This document shows positions 10,874 to 22,366 of a stretch of DNA of 40,819 nucleotides, in pieces (within the stretch, counting starts at the first letter, position 1; every line of letters starts with the position of its first letter). The notes below the pieces were generated by a model. It was not told the DNA's origin and made no database searches. It was given only the letters and a program-made list of their open reading frames with translations. This DNA comes from Octopus bimaculoides (lineage: Eukaryota), in contig NC_068994.1 in NCBI RefSeq assembly GCF_001194135.2, positions 29,895,138 to 29,935,956 on the forward strand. The letters run 5' to 3'. A program made the translations under genes and the position numbers.

Positions 10874-11636
10874 TAAGATCCAAGGATCGAAGTGTAGGAA
10901 GAAAGTTAGTTTGAAACAACCCGTAGTAAATATAAGAACAACTTCCTGGGACAACAGTGGTTTATTGAGACGGAAGGTTGTGGATTTTATTTTTGTATCA
11001 AAGCAAGATAAACCGAAAAAAGTTATTTTTACATTTCATGATAGGCGACCAGGGTTGCCGGGTATGCGAATAAGAATACAAGATGTAAGGAATGGAGTAG
11101 ATAAGATCGGGGTTACATATTTTTCATAGCGAGCGGAACACCTATGAAGTGATAAATATCCAAGCGAGGTGTATACCGCAGGCTACTCTTCAGGCCAAGG
11201 ATATCTTGATTAAATGAAAGTTTACATTGTTGCAAGGAGCCACATGATTGTAAAGGTAAGATCCAAAGATCATGGTGTAGGAAATTAGTAAGCTTCGAAC
11301 AGGCCGTATTAAGGTATGAAAAACAACTTTCAGGATCAATAATGGCTTATTGGCGAAGAAGGTTGTAAATTTTTCCCATATCGAATTTCGATGAGCTAAA
11401 AAGTTATTTCATAGTTCACGGTTAGCAGCTGGGGTTGCTCTGTAAGCGAATAAAAATCCAAAATTTAGTGAATGGAGTACATAAAATCCAGGCTACATAT
11501 GTTTCATAGCCAGCAGAACCTCGGAAGTAGTAATTATCCAAACGAGGGTTAATGCGCTAGCTACTCGTCGGGCCAAAGATACCTTAATCAGATGAAGGTT
11601 ACATTGCCGCTAAGGGATCCCATGTTAACACGCAGG
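10874..11636. repeat. Diverged tandem dimer, about 383-bp period
   Basis: Units start TAAGATCCAA at 10874 and 11257 and are colinear along their length (for example GAATGGAGTA, ACATAT, TTTCATAGC, ATCCAA.CGAGG, GCTACTC). Identity is roughly 70 percent by eye. Confidence 0.85.
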
Positions 11637-11645
11637 AGATTTGAT

Positions 11646-11690
<45 letters not shown>

Positions 11691-11691
<1 letters not shown>

Positions 11692-11815
11692 GAGGTGCGT
11701 TAAAAAAGTATCCGACTTTATTTTTCCTGCCAAAACTAATGCTGCATGGGGAAAATGTTCTTGGTGGGAGGTGACGCCATCTTTCCTGTGCATGCGTGAA
11801 AATTTTCGTATCGGT
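11691..11815 (+). mobile_element. Mariner-type terminal fragment
   Basis: (TA)n is followed by CGAGGTGCGTTAAAAAAGTATCCGAC, similar to the TIR at 12993. Confidence 0.5.
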
Positions 11816-11959
11816 AGGCTGCGTAAGTTCGTTGATTTGGTAGATGGAAACTGAAAGAAGCCTCTGTGTGTGTTTGTGCTACCTTGTCTTGACATCGCGT
11901 GGTTGTTGCAAATGAATGTAAACATATCTGGCTAAGAGGAAATGTTACCTTGCTTGGAA

Positions 11960-12070
11960 TTAGATGATCGTTGGTGACAAAAAAGACATCCAGCTTTAGA
12001 AAATCTGCCGTATTAAAATCCGTCTTATCCATGCAGTCACGACGTTAAAACGATGATGATGAGGATGATA
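11960..12070 (+). mobile_element. Degraded RTE 3' tail
   Basis: ACATCCAGCTTTAGAAAATCTGCC...GACGTTAAAACGATGATGATG matches the RTE tail at 25090-25231. Confidence 0.55.
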
Positions 12071-12137
12071 TACACACACACACACACACACAATTATGTA
12101 TATATATGTATATGTATATATTATATATATACATGTA

Positions 12138-12993
12138 CCTGGTCTGATCAATAAGTATCCAGACTGTTGTCATAGTAACGAAGCTAAAGTACGCAGAGTA
12201 AAGCTGCTTGGTAAAGATTGACCTTAACAGCAGTAAGTTTTAACGTTCTAGCACACTTTCGCTGTTTACAGCAGTGCTTGGAAGGAAGGTGTGTAGCGTG
12301 TGATCGTTGCATGGACCATAACAGAGAAAGTTGAGCAAAGAATCTGCATCAAATTTTGCCAAAAGCCTGGTGATACCTGCTTAGAGGTCTACTCAAAGGT
12401 TTCAAAATGTTTTCATTGTTCTCGACACAATCAAGATCTTGTACAACTGAAACCCAAGTTTCTTCGTGGTCAGCTGAAAGCTGTTTTGGCACAAACTTGG
12501 CAGACACACGTCTCATACCCAAATCTACAATAATAATGAATGAACTGAACTGAACCGTAACTAATCAGCACATCCTCTGAGAACTCACAGATGGTGATTC
12601 GACGATTTTTCCTCACAGCTGCACGCACATCTGCGATGTTTTTCTTAGTTATGCTGGTTGCGGGTCTCTCAGAACGTTCGTCAATATCAACATTTTTTCG
12701 GCCATCTTGGAAACGTCTGAAACCCTCGTACACGTGTGTGCGGCTCATACACTCCTCTCCATACACTTTCTGCAACTTTGCGCAGGCCTCTGAGCAGGTA
12801 TCGCTAGGACAATTTTCTCTGTCATGGTTAATGCGGCGATCACATGCTACACACCTTCCTTCTAAGCACAGCTAGAATCTTAAAACTTTGTCCACATAAA
12901 CAGCACAGTTCAATTCTTGCCATGCGGCTTTACTCTGCATGCTTTAGCTTCCTTACTATAGCAATAGTCCAGATACTTTTTGATCAGACCTCG
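12138..12993. mobile_element. Foldback mariner derivative made of two inverted 5' halves
   Basis: TA-flanked ends C(C/G)(T/A)GGTCTGATCAA.AAGTATC. Both arms carry the 5' UTR and transposase start. The + arm gives TEKVEQRICIKFCQK. The - arm gives QKVYGEECMSRTHVYEGFRRFQDGRKNVDIDERSERP...DLGMRRVSAKFVPKQL. Confidence 0.9.
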
Positions 12994-13914
12994 TATATAT
13001 ATATATATNNNNNNNNNNNNNNNNNNNNNNNNNNNNNNNNNNNNNNNNNNNNNNNGAAAGGAGAGTTTAACGTTTCGTCAGGAAGGAGAAAAGGGTAAGT
13101 CCAAAGGAGGAGAAGAAGAAATCGCCAACGGACCACGTCTAGTTACACTATTGTATATATATAAGTATATTTTATGTATCGGTTAAAGTAGTGAGGACCT
13201 AAACTACTCCTTTCTTGTATATTATATATATACAATATTTTTCCAATCACTATATTCTGCCAATCACTATATTATTATTATTACTATTATATTATTACTA
13301 TTATAATTGTTCTTCATACTTTTAATTTTAATTTTTAACTTCAATCCTAATTTTCTTCTTCTTTTTTTATATTTTCTAATTTTCTTTTTCACTTTTTATA
13401 TTTTCAAATTACTTTTTACCCCTTCCATTATTATTTGTTTATCTTCTAAGTGTATGTACCCATGTAATAGACAAGTTTATAAAGCTAGAAATTTTTAGTG
13501 GTGTGTTTGGGTAAACTGACCACTCATCACAATGATATCAAATTACAACCTTAATCTATATTCCAACGAGTGGTCTAGTTAAGAAATTATTTATGACCAC
13601 TACAATCCCATCCAAGACAACACCCTGTTTTCATCTCTATAGTATTTAATCTCTTTATCTCTTTTTCCACTTTATGGGTTTAAAAAAATATCTTTTCTTT
13701 TTTTTTCTTTTGTTACTTTATTCCATTTTTTTTTTACTTCTTTTACTTTATTATCCTTATTTTTACTTCTATTACTCTCGAATTGACTTCTCTTACTTTT
13801 ATATTTTATTTCTTATTTTATTTTTTTATTCTTTAACTTTTAATTTATTTTTTATTTTTGATCTTCTCTTTCTATCTTATACACCCTACTTAAATACAAT
13901 CCAATCTATTTAAC

Positions 13915-15567
13915 ATTCACTCTTTGCTGAATTGTGGTACAGTATGGGCAGATTTCTGAAATCCAACGAACATTTATGCAGNNNNNNNNNNNNNNNNNNN
14001 NNNNNNNNNNNNNNNNNNNNNNNNNNNNNNNNNNNNNNNNNNNNNNNNNNNNNNNNNNNNNNNNNNNNNNNNNNNNNNNNNAGCAGCTATTAAAGCATCT
14101 GCAGACTCTTCCAACTGGCTGGAACATCTCCTCCTCATCCTCCTTGGTATTCGATTCACGGTTAAGGAGGAAGTTGGACACACTCCGGCAGAACTAGTCT
14201 ACGGCACAACACTCACCTTACCTGGGCAGATGATTGAACCTGTTGCATACCCAGCACAATATGTGCACCGATTGCGGACATCCATGTCGCATTTATCACC
14301 TGCAGGCCCCAGACAACAGAACGTCGTTTCACATGTTCCCAAGGACATCAACACTTGGACTCATGTTTTCGTCAGAAACGATGGCATACCATCTTAACTC
14401 CGGCCACTATATTCCGGGCCGTACAAAGTCATCAAACGAGAACCCAAGTATTCCGTCCTCGATATCGGAGGTAAACGAAATACCGTATCGATTGATCGTT
14501 TGAAAACAGCCTTCATCGAGGACGACTTACATTCAGTTCCTTCTGTTCCTCGACGGACTCACCAACCCCAGCAAACACTACAGATTCTGCACAACCCCGG
14601 CACACTAAATCGGGAAGAACTGTTCGCTGGCCCGCAAGGTTTGTGCAAGTTTTTCGGGTAAGTCCCAATTCTCAACCTAACCATCTTATTTAATGAAACG
14701 CATACATCAACACATAACTCACATGACTGCATCACCTACATACAAACCCAAGGAAATCAACGAACATTTTGTATACATAAAAGAAAAAAAAAAAAAAACA
14801 TTGTTCCACATCAGCGAAAAACTTTCGGTTTGAACATTTTACTGAACATTTCACAAGCGAACTTTTTCGATGAACACTTCTTTCATTTTTTTGCATGTAC
14901 ATATGTTTTGTTTTCTTTTTAAACTGTTTTGCTTGCTTGTAAAAATATTTTGATATCTGATGCTTACACACACTTGCAACAGTCACATTCTCACTTGTGC
15001 TACCAATTGATCTTTTGCGCCACTGAAATACAACCTGCCTCTATTTAGACCTCTAGTGGGTCGAGTAATCAATAGAGGCACATCTCTTTCAACGCGCCAA
15101 CATGTTTCTGCCTGGGCCACATATATGCATTGCCCACCATATAGCACACACCAACAGTGAATCTTTGCTTCATATTTTTTGTATTCCATGTTTTTGACAT
15201 TCATTTGTCTGTTGCAACTTGTAAAAAATTTTCTGCATACACAAAAAGATAACATTTCTAATATCGTTCGATCTCTGTGGCTTTCTCACTAGAAGGGGAG
15301 TAGTGTAAAAATTTACACTTCCTTCTCCAAACCTAGATTCGAAACCGAATCTAAGAATACCCGGTCGATCAAACACCACAATCCAACAGGCGCGAAAAGC
15401 AAGTTTTCTTTGTCCTGTCAAAAAGTGATTAATGATCTCCCTTTAACCTTCGACCTTATAAATGTCAGACGAAGTTCAACTGGACAGCAACTGACCTATT
15501 TAGGTACAAACTCTGCTGCAGTATGTATGTCCTTCTAGCTGCCACGATTCTTATAAATAGAGTGGTC
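13915..15567 (+). mobile_element. Ty3/Gypsy LTR retrotransposon 3' end: integrase C-terminus, PPT and 3' LTR
   Basis: From 14083: AAIKASADSSNWLEHLLLILLGIRFTVKEEVGHTPAELVYGTTLTLPG...THVFVRNDGIPS*LRPLYSGPYKVIKREPKYSVLDIGGKRNTVSIDRLKTAF. The GPY module is at 14416-14424, with one in-frame stop at 14395. A TKSGRTVRWP tail follows. PPT AGAAGGGGAGTAG is at 15291-15303, then TG at 15304 and TATAAATAG at 15552-15560. Confidence 0.9.
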
Positions 15568-16084
15568 NNNNNNNNNNNNNNNNNNNNNNNNNNNNNNNNN
15601 NNNNNNNNNNNNNNNNNNNNNNNNNNNNNNNNNNNNNNNNNNNNNNNNNNNNNNNNNNNNNNNNNNNNNNNNNNNNNNNNNNNNNNNNNNNNNNNNNNNN
15701 NNNNNNNNNNNNNNNNNNNNNNNNNNNNNNNNNNNNNNNNNNNNNNNNNNNNNNNNNNNNNNNNNNNNNNNNNNNNNNNNNNNNNNNNNNNNNNNNNNNN
15801 NNNNNNNNNNNNNNNNNNNNNNNNNNNNNNNNNNNNNNNNNNNNNNNNNNNNNNNNNNNNNNNNNNNNNNNNNNNNNNNNNNNNNNNNNNNNNNNNNNNN
15901 NNNNNNNNNNNNNNNNNNNNNNNNNNNNNNNNNNNNNNNNNNNNNNNNNNNNNNNNNNNNNNNNNNNNNNNNNNNNNNNNNNNNNNNNNNNNNNNNNNNN
16001 NNTATATATATATAATCATAAATATACAGGGATTAGCAGGAGCTGCTTCTCCATATATATCTATATATAGAGAGAGATAGAGAG

Positions 16085-16352
16085 AATGGTTATTATATAC
16101 AATTCCTTTATCATAGCAAGTTTGGCTTACAGCTGTTTCCAGTAGTCATTATAGATAGGTTTACTTAATTGGTCAATTGACCAATTGAGGTAAATTGAAA
16201 GAACTAAGAAAATTATTGATACCTTCGTCAGAGCCATTGCTGGAAATCAATAGACCAATTGGAAATCAATAGACTAATTGAATTAACCCATCTATAATGA
16301 CTAATGTGAGCCAAATTTGCTATAATAAAGGAATTATACGTAATGTACCATT
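16085..16352. mobile_element. MITE-like foldback element
   Basis: Inverted pairs 16101-16131 / 16305-16335 (3 mismatches) and 16143-16161 / 16285-16303 (1 mismatch). No clean TSD seen. Confidence 0.75.
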
Positions 16353-16378
16353 ATTTTAATTTGTCTCTCACATATATA

Positions 16379-17659
16379 TTGAGTCATCCCGTAAATAATG
16401 CGATTTTGTTATACTTATTTTATTTTTCAAAATTAAAATAAAGTTCTTTTTTTATATGAAATATACTCTCCTTCATTTTCTAAATGCTTTTCCATCTCCG
16501 TGGTAGACTTGCCAGGCTCCTCTTCCAAAATTCACTTGTCCGTGACGAAGAATACTCTTCCAGTACTGTTCTGACCTCGTTTTCAGAATTCATAATTTTT
16601 CCGTCCAAATGTTTTGAAGACTGCTGAATAAAAGATAATGAGATAGGGCAATGCCCAGCGAATATGGTGGATGAAGCATCGTTTCCCTTTCAAACTGTTC
16701 CAGCTTTTGGAATGTCATCTTCACTGTATGTGGCCGAGCATTATATTGATGGAAGAACGCCTTTCGTCTTGAAACCAAAAATGATCGATTTTCTTCTAGC
16801 ACTAACTGAAGCCGCTCAAGCTGCGTACAGTAGATCTCTTTTGCTATTGTTTGGTTTGGGTTTAAATGTTCACAGTGGACTAAACCTTTCAAATCCCACC
16901 AAACAGATAACAACACCTTACGTGGGTGTAGACCTTCTTCAGCCTGGGTTGCCGGTGTTTCTCCTTTCCCTACCCACTGTCTTCGGCGATTGACATTTTT
17001 ATAGAGAACCCATTTTTAGTCACCAGTCACTATTCGGTCCAAAAAAGGTTCGTTCGTGAGATGTGACAGCAAAGAAGAATACACATTAACTCTCTGCACG
17101 CGATTAGACTCGGAAAGTTTGTGAGGAACCCATTGACCCAATTTGCTGACTTTTCCGATGTCATGCAGGTGTCGATGAATGGTTGAATGACCAAATCGAA
17201 GTTTCTCTGCTAGTTCCGCACCAGTTACAATGGGATTTTGTTCCACCAGGGTTTGCAGGACGTCCTCGTCGAGCTCTTCAGATCTTCCAGAACGAGACTC
17301 ATCTTCTAGGCTGTAGTTTCCGGCTCGGAATTTCTGGAACCACCGTTGACACTGGCTTATGCTTATTGTCCGATCCCCATATACTGCATTAATATTCGTC
17401 GCACTTTCCGTTGCGTTGTTGCCTTTAATGAACTCATAAAGCAAAATATGCCGAATATGCTCCTTTGTTACTTCCATTATAGCTTTGAAAAAATAACTAT
17501 TAAAATAGAACTGCACTCGTCAAAACTTGCACTAAGAATAAGTACAAAGTAAAATTACTGCCTGCTTTTATAGCAAGTTGATGCAGGTACTTTATCCCGT
17601 CCCCTCCGACTTTTAGTTCATGCAATTAAAAACAACCGTATTATTTATGGGATGGGCCA

Positions 17660-17660
<1 letters not shown>
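16379..17660 (-). mobile_element. Mariner DNA transposon (1282 bp), transposase pseudogene from about 17477
   Basis: TIRs TTG(A/G)(G/C)(T/C)CATCCC(G/A)TAAATAAT(G/A)CG, with TA on the left and TG on the right. Protein: MEVTKEHIRHILLYEF...GQWVPHKLSE...FLDRIVTGD*KW...FHQYNARPH...HPPYSLGIALSHY. There is a stop after TGD and the 2nd and 3rd catalytic Asp are lost. Confidence 0.95.

Positions 17661-17690
<30 letters not shown>
17661..17690. repeat. (GT)n microsatellite
   Basis: Seen directly. Confidence 0.95.
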
Positions 17691-17691
<1 letters not shown>

Positions 17692-18360
17692 ATGTATGTA
17701 TATGGAAGAATTCTGCGTCTGAACGTCTTTTATCATAAGTTTACTTATTCAGAGCTAACCTGGGGCTAAACACATGCACATAGACAAACACAAAGAAAGA
17801 AAAGGTTACAAGCTAAAATTACACTTCCCATAAAATTTTGACGTAACTTTTCCAAAGAAATAAATCCCCGTTGTTAATTACCCAGACATGCCATCTGCAT
17901 AAAAAAACAACAACTAAGTTAGTCTTAACATAATTAATTCATTAGACATAACATATGTTGGGGGAAAGAACATTAGGTCAATGACTGATAGTATTCGAAT
18001 CTCTTGGACTACTAGGGGAGACAACTTCGGAAAAGTTTAAGCTTTAACAGACCTCCTCAGAGAATGGTAAACTTCACCATACTCGCTGTAGGTATGATAT
18101 GAGGATCACTAAATAGATTTTACTATATATTCTTTAATAGTATTGATTTTTCACATCATCTCATGTGCATTATTGTACATTCCCTCATCATCACTCTTCG
18201 GCAAGTGCAACGAGGAACTTTTCACAGATGCAGTATAATGAAATCACAATATGACTGATGTTGTCTCCCATTCTTGTCCTAATCTGTGGCTTTGGTTACC
18301 CCAGGCATACACTGGGATTGAACCCAAAATGATGTAATTGCGAAGCAAGCTTCTTATTTC

Positions 18361-18559
18361 TTTACTGCCCACAAGGGGCTAAACATAGAGGGGACAAACG
18401 GATTAAGTCGATTACATCAACCCCAGTGCGTAATTGGTACTTATTTAATCGACCCTGAAAGGATGAAAGGCAAAGTCGACTTCGACGGAATTTGAACTCA
18501 GAACGTACCGCTAAGCATTTCGCTCGGCATGCTAACGTTTCTGCCAGCTCCTCCGCCTT
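18361..18559 (-). mobile_element. tRNA-derived SINE, family B
   Basis: Minus strand AAGGCGGAGGAGCTGGCAGAAACGTTAGCATGCC...CTGAGTTCAAATTCC...GTCGACTTTGCCTTTCATCCTTTCAGGGTCGAT, matching 33571-33790. Confidence 0.8.
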
Positions 18560-19501
18560 CTTGCCACACAACTTTAGGGGTTGATGATCCTCAATAAAAT
18601 AAAAGTGCACATACATGCACATGCATAACAGTTCAGTTCTGGATTTATACACTATTTACCAGTCTCACCCAAATGTAATGCCCACTCACCCCCATTCGTG
18701 TACACATCACACATCTCACTGAACAATTTATCCGCAGAACAGCAAACCTTTGGAATTGACTGTCCTCGGAACAGTGCTACACATAAGCGATTGCCTAGGA
18801 CACTAAAATCTGGGGATACTGCACAAATTATGAACAACCAAACATTTTTAATCCAATTAAAAGTATGAAATTTCCGTAATACAGAAAGCAAGAAAGATCA
18901 CTTGCAAAACAGAAGAGGATAGGGGAGACAGATTTTGGGTTAGCGGGATAAGACGAAAGGACCATATTGTGTTATGACTTGTCACGTAATTAGACAGGGA
19001 AGATTTAAAATTTTGCCACATGACAGGTTAACTTGGTGATATGAAAGATAAGAATACAGTATATTTCTTGTATACAAGTTTGTTTTAACTTTTTGATTGC
19101 ATTTTTTCAACCTGTGGCTGGAAGAAATTTTAGAACAAATTTGTTTATGGAGGTATTTGATATAGGGCTGGGAAAGGTGGTGGGGGTACAGTGCAGGGCA
19201 GTATGTGGGACACGTTAAAGATCTGGGCACAAGATAGTGAAAATTGTAGGGGAGAAGGAACACATTGAAGATCTGGGCATAAAAGGTGCACATAATAGAA
19301 GAAAAGGTGCGACACGTAGGTCTGCAAATAAGGGGTGGTTGCACATTATAAGGCTGGTCTAGTATGCTGAATATCCTGGTATGGGTGCTGTTCCCTCCTC
19401 ATATTGTTCACATCTCTCAAGAATTGTTTTAACCGAACATCAATCGTAAATATTACTCCACCGGTTCAAAATAACTCTTGTAGTTAGTCAATATTATCTG
19501 C

Positions 19502-19668
19502 AAAGGCAGCGAGCTAGCAGAATGCTTAACGGCATTATGTCCTGAGTTTAAATGTCATCCTTTAAGAGTCGATAAAATAAATACCAGTTGAGCACTGGAG
19601 TTGATGTAATTGAATTACCCGTCCCCTCAAAAACTACTCGCCTGGTGCCAAAATTAGAAAGTATATTA
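19502..19668 (+). mobile_element. Degraded SINE family B
   Basis: AAGGCAGCGAGCTAGCAGAA...GTCGATAAAATAAATACCAG...TTAGAAAGTATATT. Confidence 0.6.
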
Positions 19669-20506
19669 CTCAGCTTCATCACCTCTTTTCGATACGATCC
19701 AATAATTGTCACAATCACAGACCTGCAATCATCATCTTCAATTCAATTATATTTATAATCATTGTCATTGTTGTTGATATGGGTATGCCGAAATGAATCA
19801 TTAGAGACCCAAGAAAATACCTTGTGGTATTTAGTGACACTCCCTAGTTCTGAGCTCTCAATTCTCGCTAAGGTAACTTACTATTTCATCCTTACAAGCA
19901 CGATTTGATACCCCTAAAATACTTTCTAGATGTGCGAGCGAAAATATAAAGGAGAATAATTGTCACTGACAGCATCAGCGTCATAGCAGAGTGATAATAA
20001 CAATCGTTATAATACCTAAGATCGTTTGCATCGCAGTAGACGTCCTCCCTAACTCCACTGACCATGATGCAGTAAAGACGCTAAAATAGGGATCAAATGG
20101 TAGGAGTGACTTCCCTTGTTTCATGGTAGACGTAACCAATGAATCACAAAGCAATTTATATCAGCTGTAATATATAGACTCATCAATACATACATATAAG
20201 ATATATAAGTATAGTGCCTGTATTATCTTATGTGCGTGCGCGAGTGTGTGTATAAAATGATGTATCACTTGCTCCTAAGTTTGAAAAGGTAGGTTTTGGT
20301 TATTGCAAAACTAAATTTACTCTACTCCCTTTCCAGAACCTTGCCAAAGATCTTTCTAAAGCGGTATATCTCGGGTTATGACACTCACTTCATTTCCGAG
20401 CTACACAAACCAGAAATTGTCACTCAATATTGTTTATTAACTAATGATTGCATGCAGCCATGTGTATATGTATGCACATGTTCTTATATATATATATATA
20501 TATATA

Positions 20507-20538
<32 letters not shown>

Positions 20539-20842
20539 GGTAACGACTATCGTTAGTGATCATACTTTCATTCATATTTACTTAGCCAGCACCGTCCTTG
20601 TAGCCTTTCAACGGCTATGGTTGTTCATAATTATACACACGCACGCACATACACCTACGGTATTTTTTTTTAATATATATATATATATTCACAAGTCGGT
20701 TATATATGCAAAGGTGGGCACCATTAATCGAAAAGCTAACTTCGTTAATCCTTTAATTCTTTGAAAATATAACGGAAATTAACGTTAACTTTTATTGAAA
20801 AGGGCATAACTACAGTTTAATACCCCACCGATTTTGTGGCCT

Positions 20843-21115
20843 CATAACTTCCAGAAAAATGGATAGTTTTTAACGAAATTTTCACCAAATGATCGCGTAT
20901 ATTCTGTAGATTGAGTGTATGTAAAGATTTGTTGGAAAAAACAATTTTTCCGAGAGATTGGTGAGAGGAGTTTCGGAAAATTCCCAGGACCCGACGTTTC
21001 CCCCCCACGTTACTTTTTGGAAAGTAGGTATTTTTTAATGAAATTTTATACAAACGCCTTTCAAACGGTGTAGATTACGATTACAAAGAAATTTGTAGGC
21101 AATATTTTTGGCGGC
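20843..21115. repeat. Diverged direct repeat, about 165-bp period (possible non-autonomous DNA transposon interior)
   Basis: TTTTTAA.GAAATTTT....AAA and GTAGATT...ATTTGT.GG recur 165 bp apart (20875 vs 21040). No TIRs found. Confidence 0.4.
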
Positions 21116-22366
21116 GTGGGCAAGTTTCGGATCAGACGGCCTACATAAGTCTTCAGAATGATGGGAGGTATCTTTTCATGAAAAAAATTCTGAAAATTCA
21201 TTTTTTTTTTCACTCGCTCACCACCCCAGTCCGAAACGATTTTGGCCTTTTTTTTTTTTTTCACTACACACTTAAAACCCGTGAGAGAAACATTTTCGAT
21301 TTTAAAAAAATTATCAATAATTTCAGAGGAAAATGTGTAATTTAAGGGAGATCTGACTGCTGTTTCTAGCATATCCCAGAACCTCTCTCTTCGTTTCTTT
21401 CTCACTCACACATCTATTGATATTTTTCAATATTTTTCTCCCCATAAACAAATTTTATGGAATGATGATGCTAAAGTAACACACATGTAGTCCCAACCAA
21501 GCGAGGTCATGTTATGTGTGTGTGTGTAATAAAAAAAAACACATAAAAACATCTTTAGTGTTCATATTAATCTGTTAAATGTAATGCTTATTTTGTTCAC
21601 ATTATTTTGAATTATTCAGGTTCAAGCAGGGTGTCCACAATAGTTGCTTGTAACATTATAATTTTTTTACATACAGATTTGCAACTTTGTCAGTGGGTGC
21701 TTTATATACCATTAGCTTATAGTTATGTAATTTTAGCTGATCTTGCTGAGTACATTTGACTTTTATGGGCAGGTAAATTTAATTAACAGATGTAGAAGCA
21801 ATAACATTATGGATAAGCGCTAAAATTGAAATTCTTAATGCATCTTACATGTTTGATTTGTTACTAAAATTATTTCAGATGGCAATGGACAAACATTTTA
21901 CTACTTTTCAAGATGAGGTATATGTATATATAAGCATATAAGGTTAATACTGTGTATATGTATGTATGGACATATATGACTACTTTCGTTCCCTTCTTAC
22001 ACGTCTCTTTACTGGTCCTTGACCTGGATGCTGTCTGGGAGTGAGAAAATTGTACTTCATTGAACTTATTACAGGATGTACCAAGATGTGTGTGTGTAGA
22101 CATATAAGACTACTTCATGCCCTTCCTACCCCACTCTTTCTGGTCCTTAATCTGGATACCGAATGGAAGGGAGGAAATTATACTTCATTGAATCAAATAT
22201 ATGATGTACACTACACTACCTAGCAAATGTTTGCACAGATCTTCTTTTCAAACACAGACAAAGATCCCACAACAACTACCTTCCCATTGTCTCACCCAAG
22301 TACACAATTTTAGGGCTGCAAACATCAACGTCGGCAAACACAGACAAAAGTCCCACAACAACTACC

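Noticed and set aside
10911-11129. 72-aa ORF in the 383-bp dimer as a duplicated coding exon
   Set aside because: The second unit has stops and indels in this frame, and differences show no third-position bias.
13066-13090. Minus-strand CTGACGAAACGTT, resembling a Penelope hammerhead core with stem II collapsed
   Set aside because: There is no stem II and no helix I pairing. At most it is a decayed pseudo-LTR fragment.
13200-13913. Hydrophobic F/L/I-rich ORFs (13307-13498, 13674-13913)
   Set aside because: Low-complexity T-rich sequence with no motifs or splice support.
20030-20160. CCAAT box (20136-20140) region as the ZNF promoter
   Set aside because: A single short motif with no transcript evidence.
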